Assembly (NCBI GenBank): GCA_022599575.1
Contig: JAHZMA010000086.1
Coordinates: 756 to 64,755, forward strand
DNA from: Alphaproteobacteria bacterium
GTDB lineage: Bacteria > Pseudomonadota > Alphaproteobacteria > JABAAW01 > JAHZMA01
Direction of reading: 5' to 3'
DNA: 64,000 nucleotides
Part shown: in pieces, positions 11,010-20,955 of the stretch
Layout: the number at the start of each line of letters is the position of its first letter
How positions within the stretch are numbered: position 1 is the first letter of the stretch
The notes under the pieces: model-generated
Seen by the model: only the letters and a program-made list of their open reading frames with translations
What the model was told of the DNA's origin: nothing
Database searches by the model: none
Translations under genes and position numbers: made by a program

Positions 11010-11978
11010 ATGCGTATTCTCATTATTAAATTGAGTGCATTTGGCGATATGGTGCAGGCAATCCCTGCCTTTCAGTCGGTTAGGCGGCATTATCCTGATG
11101 CACAGATTGATTTATTCACCGCGCCTTTATTTGCTGATTTTGCCAATCAATTGAAAATAGGTAAATTAAAAATATTTGATAATGTCATTAAGCATCAACG
11201 TTTTGCGTATCATCGCTTGGGGCAGATAAAAAAAATACGCCAAATGATAAAAGGGCAATATGACCAAGTAATTGATTTGCAATGCGTAACACGTACGGCA
11301 AATTATTTCTATTTTTGTTGCCCGAATCCGCCATTATGGGCGGGGGTGGCAAAATATGCCACAATTTCGTATAAAAGACGTTTTTTAGAAAACTTAAAGC
11401 CCTATCAGCGCCATCAATTATTGCTTAACGCTTTGGATATTCCCTATCAATTCGGCACTGATAACGCTTGGGTAAAAGAATTACCGCAAAAGATATTATC
11501 ACCGCTGAAAAATAATAAAAAATATGTATTATTAGTGGCAGGTTCATCGCCTAAACACCCCGAAAAATGCTGGAAAATTGAAAATTATGCAAAAATTGCC
11601 AATATTTTGCTAGCGCATAATATCACCCCCGTGCTGATTGGTGCTGGCGCAGAACAAGGGATTGCTAAAAAAATAATACAATTATGTCCGAAAATATGCA
11701 ATCTAGTTGGTAAAACTAGCTTGCAGGATATTGCAGTATTGGCAAAAAATGCTTATTATGGGGTAGGGAACGATACAGGGGCGATGCATCTTATCGCGCA
11801 AATGGGCACAAAATGTTTGGTTTTGTTTGCAGGTAAGAATAATCCAGATTTATGCAAACCCCCTTATTCACATTGTTTATTTATACAGGTGCAGGATTTG
11901 ACAACAGCAGAATTAACGGTAGATATGGTGCTACAACAATTAACGCAAGCAGGGGTAATAGCTAACCGCAATGAGTAA
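11010..11978 (+). CDS. Glycosyltransferase family 9 (heptosyltransferase-like)
   Basis: RILIIKLSAFGD, DLQ, K.W, NLVGKTSL, GNDTG.MH. Confidence 0.9.
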   Translation: MRILIIKLSAFGDMVQAIPAFQSVRRHYPDAQIDLFTAPLFADFANQLKIGKLKIFDNVIKHQRFAYHRLGQIKKIRQMIKGQYDQVIDLQCVTRTANYFYFCCPNPPLWAGVAKYATISYKRRFLENLKPYQRHQLLLNALDIPYQFGTDNAWVKELPQKILSPLKNNKKYVLLVAGSSPKHPEKCWKIENYAKIANILLAHNITPVLIGAGAEQGIAKKIIQLCPKICNLVGKTSLQDIAVLAKNAYYGVGNDTGAMHLIAQMGTKCLVLFAGKNNPDLCKPPYSHCLFIQVQDLTTAELTVDMVLQQLTQAGVIANRNE

Positions 11979-13935
11979 AGTGGTTATTACATTGCCTGAT
12001 GGTGCGAAGCGCGAATTTGCAAAAGATTTAAGCGCGTTGGATATTGCCAAAAATATAGCGCCATCACTCGCAAAAGCGACATTGGTTGCCAAGATTAATG
12101 GTGAGTTGTGCGATTTAAGCACGGTGATTGATAAGGATTGCCGCTTAGAATTTATCAATCGTGACCATGCTGATGCGCTAGAAGTGCTACGCCATGATTG
12201 CGCGCATGTGTTAGCAGAAGCGGTGCAGAGCCTGTTTCCTAACACGCAAATCACTTTTGGCCCTGCCATTGAAAACGGCTTATATTACGATTTTTACCGC
12301 GAAACGCCATTTACCCCTGATGATTTTCCAGCCATCGAACAAAAAATGCGTGAGATTATCGCGCAGAATCAGCCTTTCACCCGCGAAATATGGCAACGCG
12401 AGCAGGCGGCTGCATTTTTCAAACAACAGGGTGAGACTTTTAAGGCAGAACATGTGATGCGCCTGCCCGAAGGCGACGATATTTCTATCTATCGGCAAGG
12501 CGATTGGCTGGATTTATGTCGTGGTCCGCATATGCCTTCTACGGGCAAGCTTGGCAAGGCGTTTAAGCTGATGCGTGTTTCTGGCGCATATTGGCTTGGC
12601 GACCAAAATAATCCGCAATTACAGCGCATCTATGCCACTTGTTGGCGCAACGAAAAAGAATTGAATGATTATCTTCATTTCTTGGAAGAAGCCGAAAAGC
12701 GCGACCACCGTAAATTAGGACGGCAGATGGCTTTGTTTCATACCCAAGAAGAGGCGGCGGGGTCAATTTTCTGGCATCGTGATGGCTATCGGGTCTATCG
12801 GGTGTTAGAAAATTACATTCGCAACCGATTGCATCAAGATTATGACGAGGTGAAAACCCCGCAAATGGTGAGCAACAGCCTGTGGAAGCAATCAGGGCAT
12901 TGGGATAAATTTGGTGACGATATGTTTACCGTCAATGAAAATGAGATTGATAATGACGCACTACAGCGTATTTTCGCGCTAAAACCAATGAATTGCCCGT
13001 GCCATGTGCAGATTTATAATCAAAATATCACCTCATATAAGGATTTACCTGTACGTCTTGCTGAATTTGGACAAGTACACCGCAATGAAGCATCAGGGGC
13101 GTTACATGGTTTGATGCGGGTGCGCGCATTCACACAAGATGATGGACATATTTTCTGCACCGAAGAACAAGTGATTGATGAAACAAAAAAATTCTGTGAA
13201 TTGCTGAAATCAATTTATCAAGATTGTGGCTTTAGCGATTTTTCCATCAAATTTTCTGACCGCCCCGAAATACGTGCGGGCGAAGATGAAGTATGGGATA
13301 AAGCTGAATCATCGCTGAAAGAAGCGATTGAGGCGACTGATATGCCTTATGTGATGAACCCCGGCGAAGGGGCGTTTTACGGCCCTAAATTAGAGTTTGT
13401 GCTGAAAGATACGTTAGGGCGCGAATGGCAATGTGGCACATGGCAGGTTGATTTTGTGCTACCGAAACGGCTAGGCGCTACCTATATTGATGCCAATGGT
13501 GAAAAGCAAGTGCCTGTTATGTTGCATCGGGCAATTTTGGGGTCGATGGAACGTTTTATCGGGATTTTGCTTGAACATCATGCGGGGCATTTACCATTTT
13601 GGTTGGCACCTGTGCAGATAAAAATTTGCACCATTACCAATGATTTAGATGATTATGGATGTGAGGTGCTACAGGCTTGTATCGATTCAGGTTTGCGTGC
13701 TGAGGGTGATTTTCGTTCTGAAAAAGTTAACTATAAAATTCGCGAACATTCGCTGAAAAAAATACCGCTTCTTATCATTTGTGGTAAAAAAGAAGCTGAA
13801 AATGGTCAAGTGACTCTGCGCTTTTTAGGTAAAAAAGAGCAAGAGACACTGGATTTGAACGTCGCTTTGCAACAATTAAGGCAAAAATCAATTATTCCAC
13901 AATTTGCCGAAATATTGCCAAGCGGATTGGTGTAA
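11971..13935 (+). CDS. thrS: Threonine--tRNA ligase
   Basis: TGS domain, DLCRGPH, KRDHRKLG, LKPMNCPCH, RVRAFTQDD, GAFYGPK, HRAILGSMERF. Confidence 0.98.
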   Translation: MSKVVITLPDGAKREFAKDLSALDIAKNIAPSLAKATLVAKINGELCDLSTVIDKDCRLEFINRDHADALEVLRHDCAHVLAEAVQSLFPNTQITFGPAIENGLYYDFYRETPFTPDDFPAIEQKMREIIAQNQPFTREIWQREQAAAFFKQQGETFKAEHVMRLPEGDDISIYRQGDWLDLCRGPHMPSTGKLGKAFKLMRVSGAYWLGDQNNPQLQRIYATCWRNEKELNDYLHFLEEAEKRDHRKLGRQMALFHTQEEAAGSIFWHRDGYRVYRVLENYIRNRLHQDYDEVKTPQMVSNSLWKQSGHWDKFGDDMFTVNENEIDNDALQRIFALKPMNCPCHVQIYNQNITSYKDLPVRLAEFGQVHRNEASGALHGLMRVRAFTQDDGHIFCTEEQVIDETKKFCELLKSIYQDCGFSDFSIKFSDRPEIRAGEDEVWDKAESSLKEAIEATDMPYVMNPGEGAFYGPKLEFVLKDTLGREWQCGTWQVDFVLPKRLGATYIDANGEKQVPVMLHRAILGSMERFIGILLEHHAGHLPFWLAPVQIKICTITNDLDDYGCEVLQACIDSGLRAEGDFRSEKVNYKIREHSLKKIPLLIICGKKEAENGQVTLRFLGKKEQETLDLNVALQQLRQKSIIPQFAEILPSGLV

Positions 13936-13959
13936 CATGATTGAATAAGGAGTATTGCT

Positions 13960-14493
13960 ATCGTAACACATATTAAAAAACCTCAAGAGGATGAAACACG
14001 CGTCAATGAAGCTATAGATGTGCCGCAAGTGCGGTTAATCAATCACGAGGGTGAAAATATAGGCGTGATAGACACCAGAGAAGCACTGGAAATGGCCGAT
14101 AATGAAGGGCTGGATTTGGTGGAAATTGCGGGCAATGTTAGTCCGCCTGTTGCTAAAATTATGAATTATGGTAAATTGCGCTATGAAAAGCAAAAAAAGA
14201 AACAAGAAAATAAGCGCAAGCAAAAGACGGTGCAAATTAAAGAAATTAAAGTCCGTCCTAATATTGAAACCCATGATTATCAAGTGAAATTATCGGCGGC
14301 AAAAAGATTTATCGACGCTGGCCATAAGGTGAAATTAACCTTGCGATTTCGTGGGCGTGAATTGAGCCATCGTGAGATTGGTGAAGATTTGGTGAAGCGT
14401 TTTGTGCAAGATACAGAAGAATTTGCCAAAACAGAATCACCAGTAAAAATGGAAGAACGGCAGATTGCGGTGATGTTAATCAGTAATAAATAA
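13960..14493 (+). CDS. infC: Translation initiation factor IF-3 (probable ATC start)
   Basis: VRLI..EG...GV, LDLVEI, PPVAKIM.YGK, KEIK.RPNI..HDY, RFRGRE; TAAGGAG at 13946-13952 then in-frame ATC at 13960. Confidence 0.95.
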   Translation: MVTHIKKPQEDETRVNEAIDVPQVRLINHEGENIGVIDTREALEMADNEGLDLVEIAGNVSPPVAKIMNYGKLRYEKQKKKQENKRKQKTVQIKEIKVRPNIETHDYQVKLSAAKRFIDAGHKVKLTLRFRGRELSHREIGEDLVKRFVQDTEEFAKTESPVKMEERQIAVMLISNK

Positions 14494-14503
14494 TGTGGTG
14501 AAT

Positions 14504-15559
14504 ATGAAAATTAAAACAGTCATTTTAGGGGCAAGTGGCTATACAGGCGCAGAAATATTGCGTTTTGCGCTATTGCATCCTCATGTAGAAATTACGGCAT
14601 TGTCGGCTGAAAGCAAGGCTGGGATGCATATGCAAAATGTGTTTCCGCATCTTTATGGTGTTGATTTGCCGATTTTACAAAAAATTGATGAGATTGATTT
14701 TAGCGATATCGCTGCGGTATTTTGTGCATTGCCACATGGCACCACGCAAAAGGTAATTCTGCAATTATACCAAACCCATCAATCACTGAAAATCATTGAT
14801 TTATCAGCTGATTTTCGGTTGAAGGATGTTGATGAATATCAGCGATGGTATGGCGATATTCACCACGCCAAACAGATTCAGCAACATGCGGTTTATGGCG
14901 TAACCGAATTGAATCGCGATTCGATTAAGCAAAACCGTTTGGTGGCAAATCCCGGTTGTTACCCAACAACAGCGCAATTGCCGTTAATACCACTGATTCG
15001 CGAAGGGCTTGTGAGTGCTGATGATATTATCATCGATTCGAAATCAGGGGTGTCAGGTGCGGGCAGGGCGCCCAAACAGGCAACTCTTTATTGCGAGATA
15101 GCCGAAAGCTTTAACGCGTACGGGCTTGAGGGGCATCGGCATAGCGCAGAAATGCAAGAACAATTTGATATGGCGGTGAAAGGGAATGATTCGGTGCAGT
15201 TTCATTTTGTGCCACATCTCATTCCTACCAAGCGCGGTATTCTTTCCACCATTCACTGCAAAAGCAATGGCGATAATTCGATTGCAAAAATGCGTGATTA
15301 TTTAACTGATTTTTATCAAAATGATGCGTTCGTGCATATTTTACCAGAAACAATAAACGCACCGAAAACTGCTGATGTGCTAGGCAGTAACCAGTGCCGT
15401 ATCGCGCTTTATCCAAGCCCAATTAACGGCAGAGTGTTGATTATATCAGTGATTGATAATCTGGTGAAAGGGGCATCGGGGCAGGCAATCCAAAACTTTA
15501 ACGTGATGTTTGATTTGCCTGAAACAACAGGGCTTCAAAATCTGCCGATATTCCCGTAA
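14504..15559 (+). CDS. argC: N-acetyl-gamma-glutamyl-phosphate reductase
   Basis: GASGYTG, ALPHG, DLSADFRL, ANPGCYPT, SGVSGAGR, DNLVKGASGQA. Confidence 0.96.
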   Translation: MKIKTVILGASGYTGAEILRFALLHPHVEITALSAESKAGMHMQNVFPHLYGVDLPILQKIDEIDFSDIAAVFCALPHGTTQKVILQLYQTHQSLKIIDLSADFRLKDVDEYQRWYGDIHHAKQIQQHAVYGVTELNRDSIKQNRLVANPGCYPTTAQLPLIPLIREGLVSADDIIIDSKSGVSGAGRAPKQATLYCEIAESFNAYGLEGHRHSAEMQEQFDMAVKGNDSVQFHFVPHLIPTKRGILSTIHCKSNGDNSIAKMRDYLTDFYQNDAFVHILPETINAPKTADVLGSNQCRIALYPSPINGRVLIISVIDNLVKGASGQAIQNFNVMFDLPETTGLQNLPIFP

Positions 15560-15582
15560 AGTTTTTCGCATCATAATATCAT

Positions 15583-15616
15583 AAAAAAGCCCGCAAGAGA
15601 TAATTTACGGGCTTTT
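15583..15616. terminator. Probable bidirectional intrinsic terminator
   Basis: AAAAAAGCCCG...CGGGCTTTT stem between convergent argC and the PuuD-like gene. Confidence 0.7.
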
Positions 15617-15646
15617 AATTTTGCTTATCAGCAACAGAAGAGATGA

Positions 15647-16255
15647 TTACGAAATAACGTAAAGCCCTTGTGCTGATACCATTGCATAAAGCATTGGAAT
15701 TGAAAGCATGGTATTTGTACGCGAGAATAACATCGCTGTACGTCCTGCTTTGGCTTTATCCTTATCACTGTCGATAATACCGAGCGCGATTTTTTGATTC
15801 GGCCAAATAACAAACCATACATTAAACGCCATAATCACGCCAAGCCACATGCCAATACCGATTGAAACATGACCGACTGCACCCGTTCTGGTGCCAAGTA
15901 TCAGCGCATCAACCAGATAGCCATTAATCCAACCTAACAACAAGCCTGTTGCTAAAGTTGCCAATGCCGCCCAGCGAAACCAAAACAATGCCGCAGGGGC
16001 AATCACTTTGGTGATGGCAGGTTTGTGGGCATCTTCAATTTTACCCATATTTGGGATTTGTACAAAATTGAAATACCACAATAAACCAATCCACATCACG
16101 CCTGAAAGCACATGCAACCAGCGCACTGTAAAACGAATGCCATCGCCTTTTGCCCATACAATACCGCCAACCACATGATTGATAGCCACCAAAGCAAGCA
16201 GTAACACAATGCCTGCAATGATTGTATTTCTAAGATTTGAAAGAATTGCGAACAT
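15647..16255 (-). CDS. Urate hydroxylase PuuD-like membrane protein (Urate_ox_N-type domain only)
   Basis: RWLHV.SG.MWIG, WFRWAAL.T..TG, IMAFNVWFVIWPNQK, SRTN motifs; several TM helices. Confidence 0.75.
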   Translation of the reverse strand: MFAILSNLRNTIIAGIVLLLALVAINHVVGGIVWAKGDGIRFTVRWLHVLSGVMWIGLLWYFNFVQIPNMGKIEDAHKPAITKVIAPAALFWFRWAALATLATGLLLGWINGYLVDALILGTRTGAVGHVSIGIGMWLGVIMAFNVWFVIWPNQKIALGIIDSDKDKAKAGRTAMLFSRTNTMLSIPMLYAMVSAQGLYVIS

Positions 16256-16386
16256 ATTAACTCCTTAATTCTCATATTTTTTAATTGTGAAAGTTTTCAT
16301 AATGAAACCAACCCTATTTTGACTTCATCTGTGAATAGTGTCAATATCAATTATTAGTTACACATTATTAAATTGCGTGTTTTAAG

Positions 16387-17268
16387 ATGAAAGATTACGA
16401 AAATCTATGGCTTGCGAATTATATTGGCAAAAATCATGCGTCAACACATCATCATGCGATAGGGTTGATTCTGGCGTTTTATCAACATATAGCGCAAATT
16501 TATGCTGATGTTAGCGATGACACCATCGGGCAGATGCGCTTAACATGGTGGCGTGATAGTATCATTGCTGACAATGCTAATACCGATATTGCCAAAAATC
16601 ACACCCTATTATCCGCCCATAAACCCACCAATATTAGCGATTTATTGGCACAATTGCATCAAATGATGGCTGAATATCATCTGCCTTCTTGCTATTTTGA
16701 GGGGCTGATAGAGGCGCGAATGCAGGAATTTACCGCATTACCTTTTGCGGATATAAAACAATTTCAACATTATTGTGGCACGCTGAGTGGTAATTTATTT
16801 GCGTTATGGGCAGTGCTGATTAAAAAAGATGATATGTTGCGCGATGATAAAATACGCGAATTATTTTTTCAAGCAAGCGAGATTTACACATTTAGCCGTG
16901 TGATACGCTCATTACATTGGCAAGCCAAGCAAGGATTGCTGTTTTTGCCGCAAAATATCTTAAACGCGCATGGGTTAGATGCGTATCAGCCCGCACAAGC
17001 GTTACAATCAGCGCAAATGAAAGAGATTATTGCCATTATGGCGCAAGATGCTGTGGCGCGTCATCATGATGCGCTGATACAGTTGCAAGATAATAGTGAG
17101 ATGCGCGCATTATGCCGTGATATTGAGCCGTTATTTGCTTTTTCAACGATAGCCCAAAAATCTCTTAAACATTTTGCCAAATATGATTATGATTATCTGA
17201 ATCCGCGTGCGCTTGCCCCGCCGCCTTTATTATCGCTTCAACTACGCTTTAGGCGGAAGATATTCTAG
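16387..17268 (+). CDS. Squalene/phytoene synthase family protein (NDUFAF6-like)
   Basis: IGQMRL.WWRD, LIEAR, G.LFLP motifs; convergent with trmFO. Confidence 0.7.
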   Translation: MKDYENLWLANYIGKNHASTHHHAIGLILAFYQHIAQIYADVSDDTIGQMRLTWWRDSIIADNANTDIAKNHTLLSAHKPTNISDLLAQLHQMMAEYHLPSCYFEGLIEARMQEFTALPFADIKQFQHYCGTLSGNLFALWAVLIKKDDMLRDDKIRELFFQASEIYTFSRVIRSLHWQAKQGLLFLPQNILNAHGLDAYQPAQALQSAQMKEIIAIMAQDAVARHHDALIQLQDNSEMRALCRDIEPLFAFSTIAQKSLKHFAKYDYDYLNPRALAPPPLLSLQLRFRRKIF

Positions 17269-18630
17269 CCATTGCTGTAAATCGCTCATCGCACGTTGCG
17301 ACATTGCCTGTTTGCGGTCTTTGCCCTTTAATTTTTTCGGCTTTTTGCTACCATCAGGAGGTGATTCGATATGGGGCGATTCTTTATCAGGAGGCGGCAT
17401 CAGCCCGTAATTGCAATTCATCGGTTGAAACTTACCACTATCATGCGCGGTTTGCCCGCTAATATAGCCGATTAACGCGCCATGCGCGGTAGTGAGCGGT
17501 ATATCGGGTAAGTGGGTTTCAGAAATTGCAGCATAATGATAAAGTGCCGCCATCAGCCCCATCGCGGTTGATTCCACATAGCCCTCAACGCCCGTTATCT
17601 GCCCTGCAAATTGCAAATGCGGCGCATTAATCATTTGCAAACGGCTATTTAATAATTCGGGCGAATGAATAAAACCATTGCGATGAATTCCCCCTAACCG
17701 TGCAAATTCAGCATTTTGCAACCCTGGTATCATTCGCAATACTTGCTTTTGCGCGCCATAAGTCATTTTGGTTTGGAAGCCAACCATGTTATATAATGTG
17801 CCATATTTATTTTCTTGGCGCAATTGCACCACCGCATATGGTGGTGCTTCAGAATTGGGATTTGTTAGCCCAACGGGTTTCATCGGTCCAAAACGTAACG
17901 TATCAACCCCGCGCTGTGCCATCACTTCAATCGGCAGACAGCCTTCAAAATAAGGCGTGCCTTCCCATTCCTTAAATTCAGTATAATCAGCATCTAGCAA
18001 GGCTTGATGAAATACCAGATATTGTTCCTGATTCATCGGACAATTCAGATAATCACTGCCCTTATCATAGCGTGATTGCCGCCAAATAATATCAAAATCA
18101 AGGCTTTCAGCGGTTACAATCGGCGCGATGGCATCAAAAAATGCCAGCTTATCTTTACCGCTTAATGTTTCGATTTCTTGCATCAGCGTAAAAGATGTTA
18201 AGGGGCCAGTGGCAATGATGGTAGGGGTGTCGATATCGGGCAAAGCGGTAACTTCTTCGCGAAACACAATGATATTAGGGTGATTGCTGATAGTATCGGT
18301 TATCATTTCAGCAAAACCTTGTCGCTCTATCCCCAGCGCACTGCCCGCAGGCACTTGATGGGTATCGGCAGCACGCATGATAAGCGAGTTTAATTGCCGC
18401 AATTCCCAATGTAACAGCCCAACCGCATTGGTGAGCGCATCATCAGAACGAAAAGAATTGGAACATACCAATTCCGCCAGTAAATCAGTTTGATGGGCAA
18501 AGGTAGTCACTATCGGGCGCATTTCATAAAGATGCACTTTTACATTGCGTATCGCAAGCTGATAGGCGGCTTCACAGCCTGCTAGCCCGCCACCGATAAT
18601 TGTAACAATCGATTCTTTTTGATGTCTCAT
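17242..18630 (-). CDS. trmFO: tRNA (uracil-54) methyltransferase TrmFO
   Basis: GGGLAGCEAA, AELVCSNSFR, FFDAIAP, YFEGCLPIE, FGPMKPVGL, AGQITGVEGY, FQPMN. Confidence 0.97.
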   Translation of the reverse strand: MRHQKESIVTIIGGGLAGCEAAYQLAIRNVKVHLYEMRPIVTTFAHQTDLLAELVCSNSFRSDDALTNAVGLLHWELRQLNSLIMRAADTHQVPAGSALGIERQGFAEMITDTISNHPNIIVFREEVTALPDIDTPTIIATGPLTSFTLMQEIETLSGKDKLAFFDAIAPIVTAESLDFDIIWRQSRYDKGSDYLNCPMNQEQYLVFHQALLDADYTEFKEWEGTPYFEGCLPIEVMAQRGVDTLRFGPMKPVGLTNPNSEAPPYAVVQLRQENKYGTLYNMVGFQTKMTYGAQKQVLRMIPGLQNAEFARLGGIHRNGFIHSPELLNSRLQMINAPHLQFAGQITGVEGYVESTAMGLMAALYHYAAISETHLPDIPLTTAHGALIGYISGQTAHDSGKFQPMNCNYGLMPPPDKESPHIESPPDGSKKPKKLKGKDRKQAMSQRAMSDLQQWLEYLPPKA

Positions 18631-18765
18631 ATATGATTAGGTAGCGGTTTTTTTTATCGCTGTCAAATCACTCTATTATTTTTAAGGCATTATTAGGGCA
18701 TTTTAGGGGTTGATTCTGAACGGGTAAAAACTTATCTTTTCACGATATTTTCAAGGAGAAAAGAC

Positions 18766-19716
18766 ATGTCAAAAATCTTTATGTTTCCCGGTCAAGGCTC
18801 GCAAGCGGTGGGTATGGGGCTTGCATTGAAGCAACAAAGCAAAATAGCCTCTGCGCTTTTTGACGAAATTGATGATGCGCTTAACCAAAAATTAAGCGCA
18901 ATAATGTTTGAGGGAACTGCTGAAACGCTTGGCATTTCTGAAAATACGCAACCTGCCTTGATGGCGCATTCAATGGCAGTTATCCGCGTGATTGAACATG
19001 AATTTGGCGTGCCGATTGAAAATTTAGCAAGCGGGCTGGTGGGGCATTCATTAGGCGAATATTCGGCATTAACCGCCGCTGATGTGTTTGATGTTGCCAC
19101 GACTGCAAAATTATTGCGTCTGCGCGGACAGGCGATGCAACAGGCAGTGCCACAGGGTGTGGGTTCAATGGCGGCGATTATCGGGCTTGGGGCAGATATG
19201 GTCACAAAAATCACCGAACAAGCAACAGAATCAGATGATGAAGTCTGCACCCTTGCCAATGATAATTCAGCTGAGCAAGTGGTGATTAGCGGACATAAGC
19301 AGGCGGTTGAGCGCGCCATGGCATTATGCAAGGAAGCGGGCGCAAAACGGGTATTGCCTCTGCCAGTATCAGTGCCATCACATTGCAAATTGATGCAACC
19401 CGCAGCCGAGCAAATGGCGCAAGCCTTTGCTGATGCAAGATTTTCGGCAGGCAAATTACCAGTCTATGCGAATATCTCCACCGAGAGTTCGGATGATAGC
19501 GCAGTGATTCAAGATGCGCTGATTCAACAATTATGCGGACGTGTACGCTTTCGTGAAACCATCGAAAAACTGAGTGCTAGCCATCAGGAATTTGTAGAAA
19601 TCGGCACGGGTAAAGTATTATGCGGATTGGTCAAGCGGATTGCAGGCGATAGCACACAGGTAAGTTTGGGTGCTGATATGGCACAGATTGAAACATTTAT
19701 TAAAGCGAATCAATGA
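18766..19716 (+). CDS. fabD: Malonyl-CoA-ACP transacylase
   Basis: FPGQGSQ, TQPAL, GHSLGEY, AN.NS..QVVISG, LPVS.P.H. Confidence 0.96.
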   Translation: MSKIFMFPGQGSQAVGMGLALKQQSKIASALFDEIDDALNQKLSAIMFEGTAETLGISENTQPALMAHSMAVIRVIEHEFGVPIENLASGLVGHSLGEYSALTAADVFDVATTAKLLRLRGQAMQQAVPQGVGSMAAIIGLGADMVTKITEQATESDDEVCTLANDNSAEQVVISGHKQAVERAMALCKEAGAKRVLPLPVSVPSHCKLMQPAAEQMAQAFADARFSAGKLPVYANISTESSDDSAVIQDALIQQLCGRVRFRETIEKLSASHQEFVEIGTGKVLCGLVKRIAGDSTQVSLGADMAQIETFIKANQ

Positions 19717-19729
19717 TAAAGGAGTTTTT

Positions 19730-20473
19730 ATGTTTGATTTAACAGGGAAAACTGCTCTGGTAACAGGGGCAACGGGGGGCATTGGCGAGGCGATTGCAGT
19801 TGCGCTTCATACCCATGGGTGCAATGTGATTCTTTCAGGCAGGCGTGAAGAAAAATTACAAGCATTACAATCAAAATTAGGCGCGCGCGCTTGCTATGTG
19901 CCGTTAGATGTATCAGATACGGCGCAAATAGCGGAATTTGCCAAGCAATGCGCGACGCAATTTAATAATGCTGGCGTTGATATTTTAGTCAATAATGCGG
20001 GAATCACGCGTGATAATCTGTTTATGCGGATGAAAGAAGAAGAATGGGACGATGTGATGAATATCAACCTGAAAGCGATTTTCTTGCTTACCCAAAGCTT
20101 TATTAAAGGCATGATGAAAAAACGTTATGGGCGGATTATCAATATCGGCTCGGTGGTGGGCAGTGCAGGCAATCCAGGGCAAGCGAATTATTGTGCGGCA
20201 AAAGCGGGTTTGCTAGGCTTTAGCAAATCATTGGCACAAGAGCTTGCATCGCGCAATATTACGGTGAATTGCGTTGCACCGGGTTTTATTAGAACCGATA
20301 TGACTGATAAGCTGAATGATGCCCAGAAAGAGGGCATTTTAAGCGCAATTCCTTTAGGTGCGATTGGCGAAGCAGAGGATATTGCCGCCGCTGCTTTGTA
20401 TCTGGCAAGTAGTGAAAGTAAATATATGACAGGGCAAACATTGCATGTTAATGGCGGTATGTTAATGGTATAG
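19730..20473 (+). CDS. fabG: 3-oxoacyl-ACP reductase
   Basis: TGATGGIG, NNAGITRD, GNPGQANYCAAK, TGQTLHVNGG; AAGGAG precedes ATG at 19730. Confidence 0.96.
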   Translation: MFDLTGKTALVTGATGGIGEAIAVALHTHGCNVILSGRREEKLQALQSKLGARACYVPLDVSDTAQIAEFAKQCATQFNNAGVDILVNNAGITRDNLFMRMKEEEWDDVMNINLKAIFLLTQSFIKGMMKKRYGRIINIGSVVGSAGNPGQANYCAAKAGLLGFSKSLAQELASRNITVNCVAPGFIRTDMTDKLNDAQKEGILSAIPLGAIGEAEDIAAAALYLASSESKYMTGQTLHVNGGMLMV

Positions 20474-20669
20474 TTGTATAGCTAACGCAAGTTTGTTATA
20501 ATATTTGCTGGAATATGCTGTTAAAAAAATATAGTATGGATGAAAATGCCTTGATTTTATCAATGATTATGTGTATCAATTCGTTTTTAGCCACTTGGAA
20601 GAGAATGTTAGGCAATATTTTTTGTTGCTTAAATATAGTAGTACAAACACCTTATTAAAGGAGAAACCA

Positions 20670-20906
20670 ATGAGTGATGTGGAAGAAAAAGTAAAAAAAA
20701 TCGTGATAGAGCATCTTGCTGTTGACGAAGCACGTGTTACCAATGAGGCAAGTTTCATTGATGATTTGGGTGCAGATAGTCTTGATACTGTTGAATTAGT
20801 GATGGCATTTGAAGAAGAGTTTAGTTGTGAAATTCCTGATGATGCAGCTGAAAAAATCTTAACCATTCAAGACGCAATTACTTTCATTAAAGATAGCAAT
20901 AAATAA
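20670..20906 (+). CDS. acpP: Acyl carrier protein
   Basis: [21 protein letters not shown]; AAGGAG precedes ATG at 20670. Confidence 0.98.
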   Translation: MSDVEEKVKKIVIEHLAVDEARVTNEASFIDDLGADSLDTVELVMAFEEEFSCEIPDDAAEKILTIQDAITFIKDSNK

Positions 20907-20955
20907 TTATTTGTAGTGTTTCACTACTGATTGGCCTCATTTAAGCGAGTTGATT

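Noticed and set aside
7233-17268. Convergent 3' overlaps mutY/rlmE (28 bp) and synthase-like/trmFO (27 bp)
   Set aside because: Ordinary result of genome compaction; no sign of a special function
20571-20669. N-terminal extensions of acpP (and likewise fabG, yajC, rne) in the ORF track
   Set aside because: Downstream ATGs match the conserved N-termini and, for acpP, fabG and yajC, follow clear Shine-Dalgarno sequences
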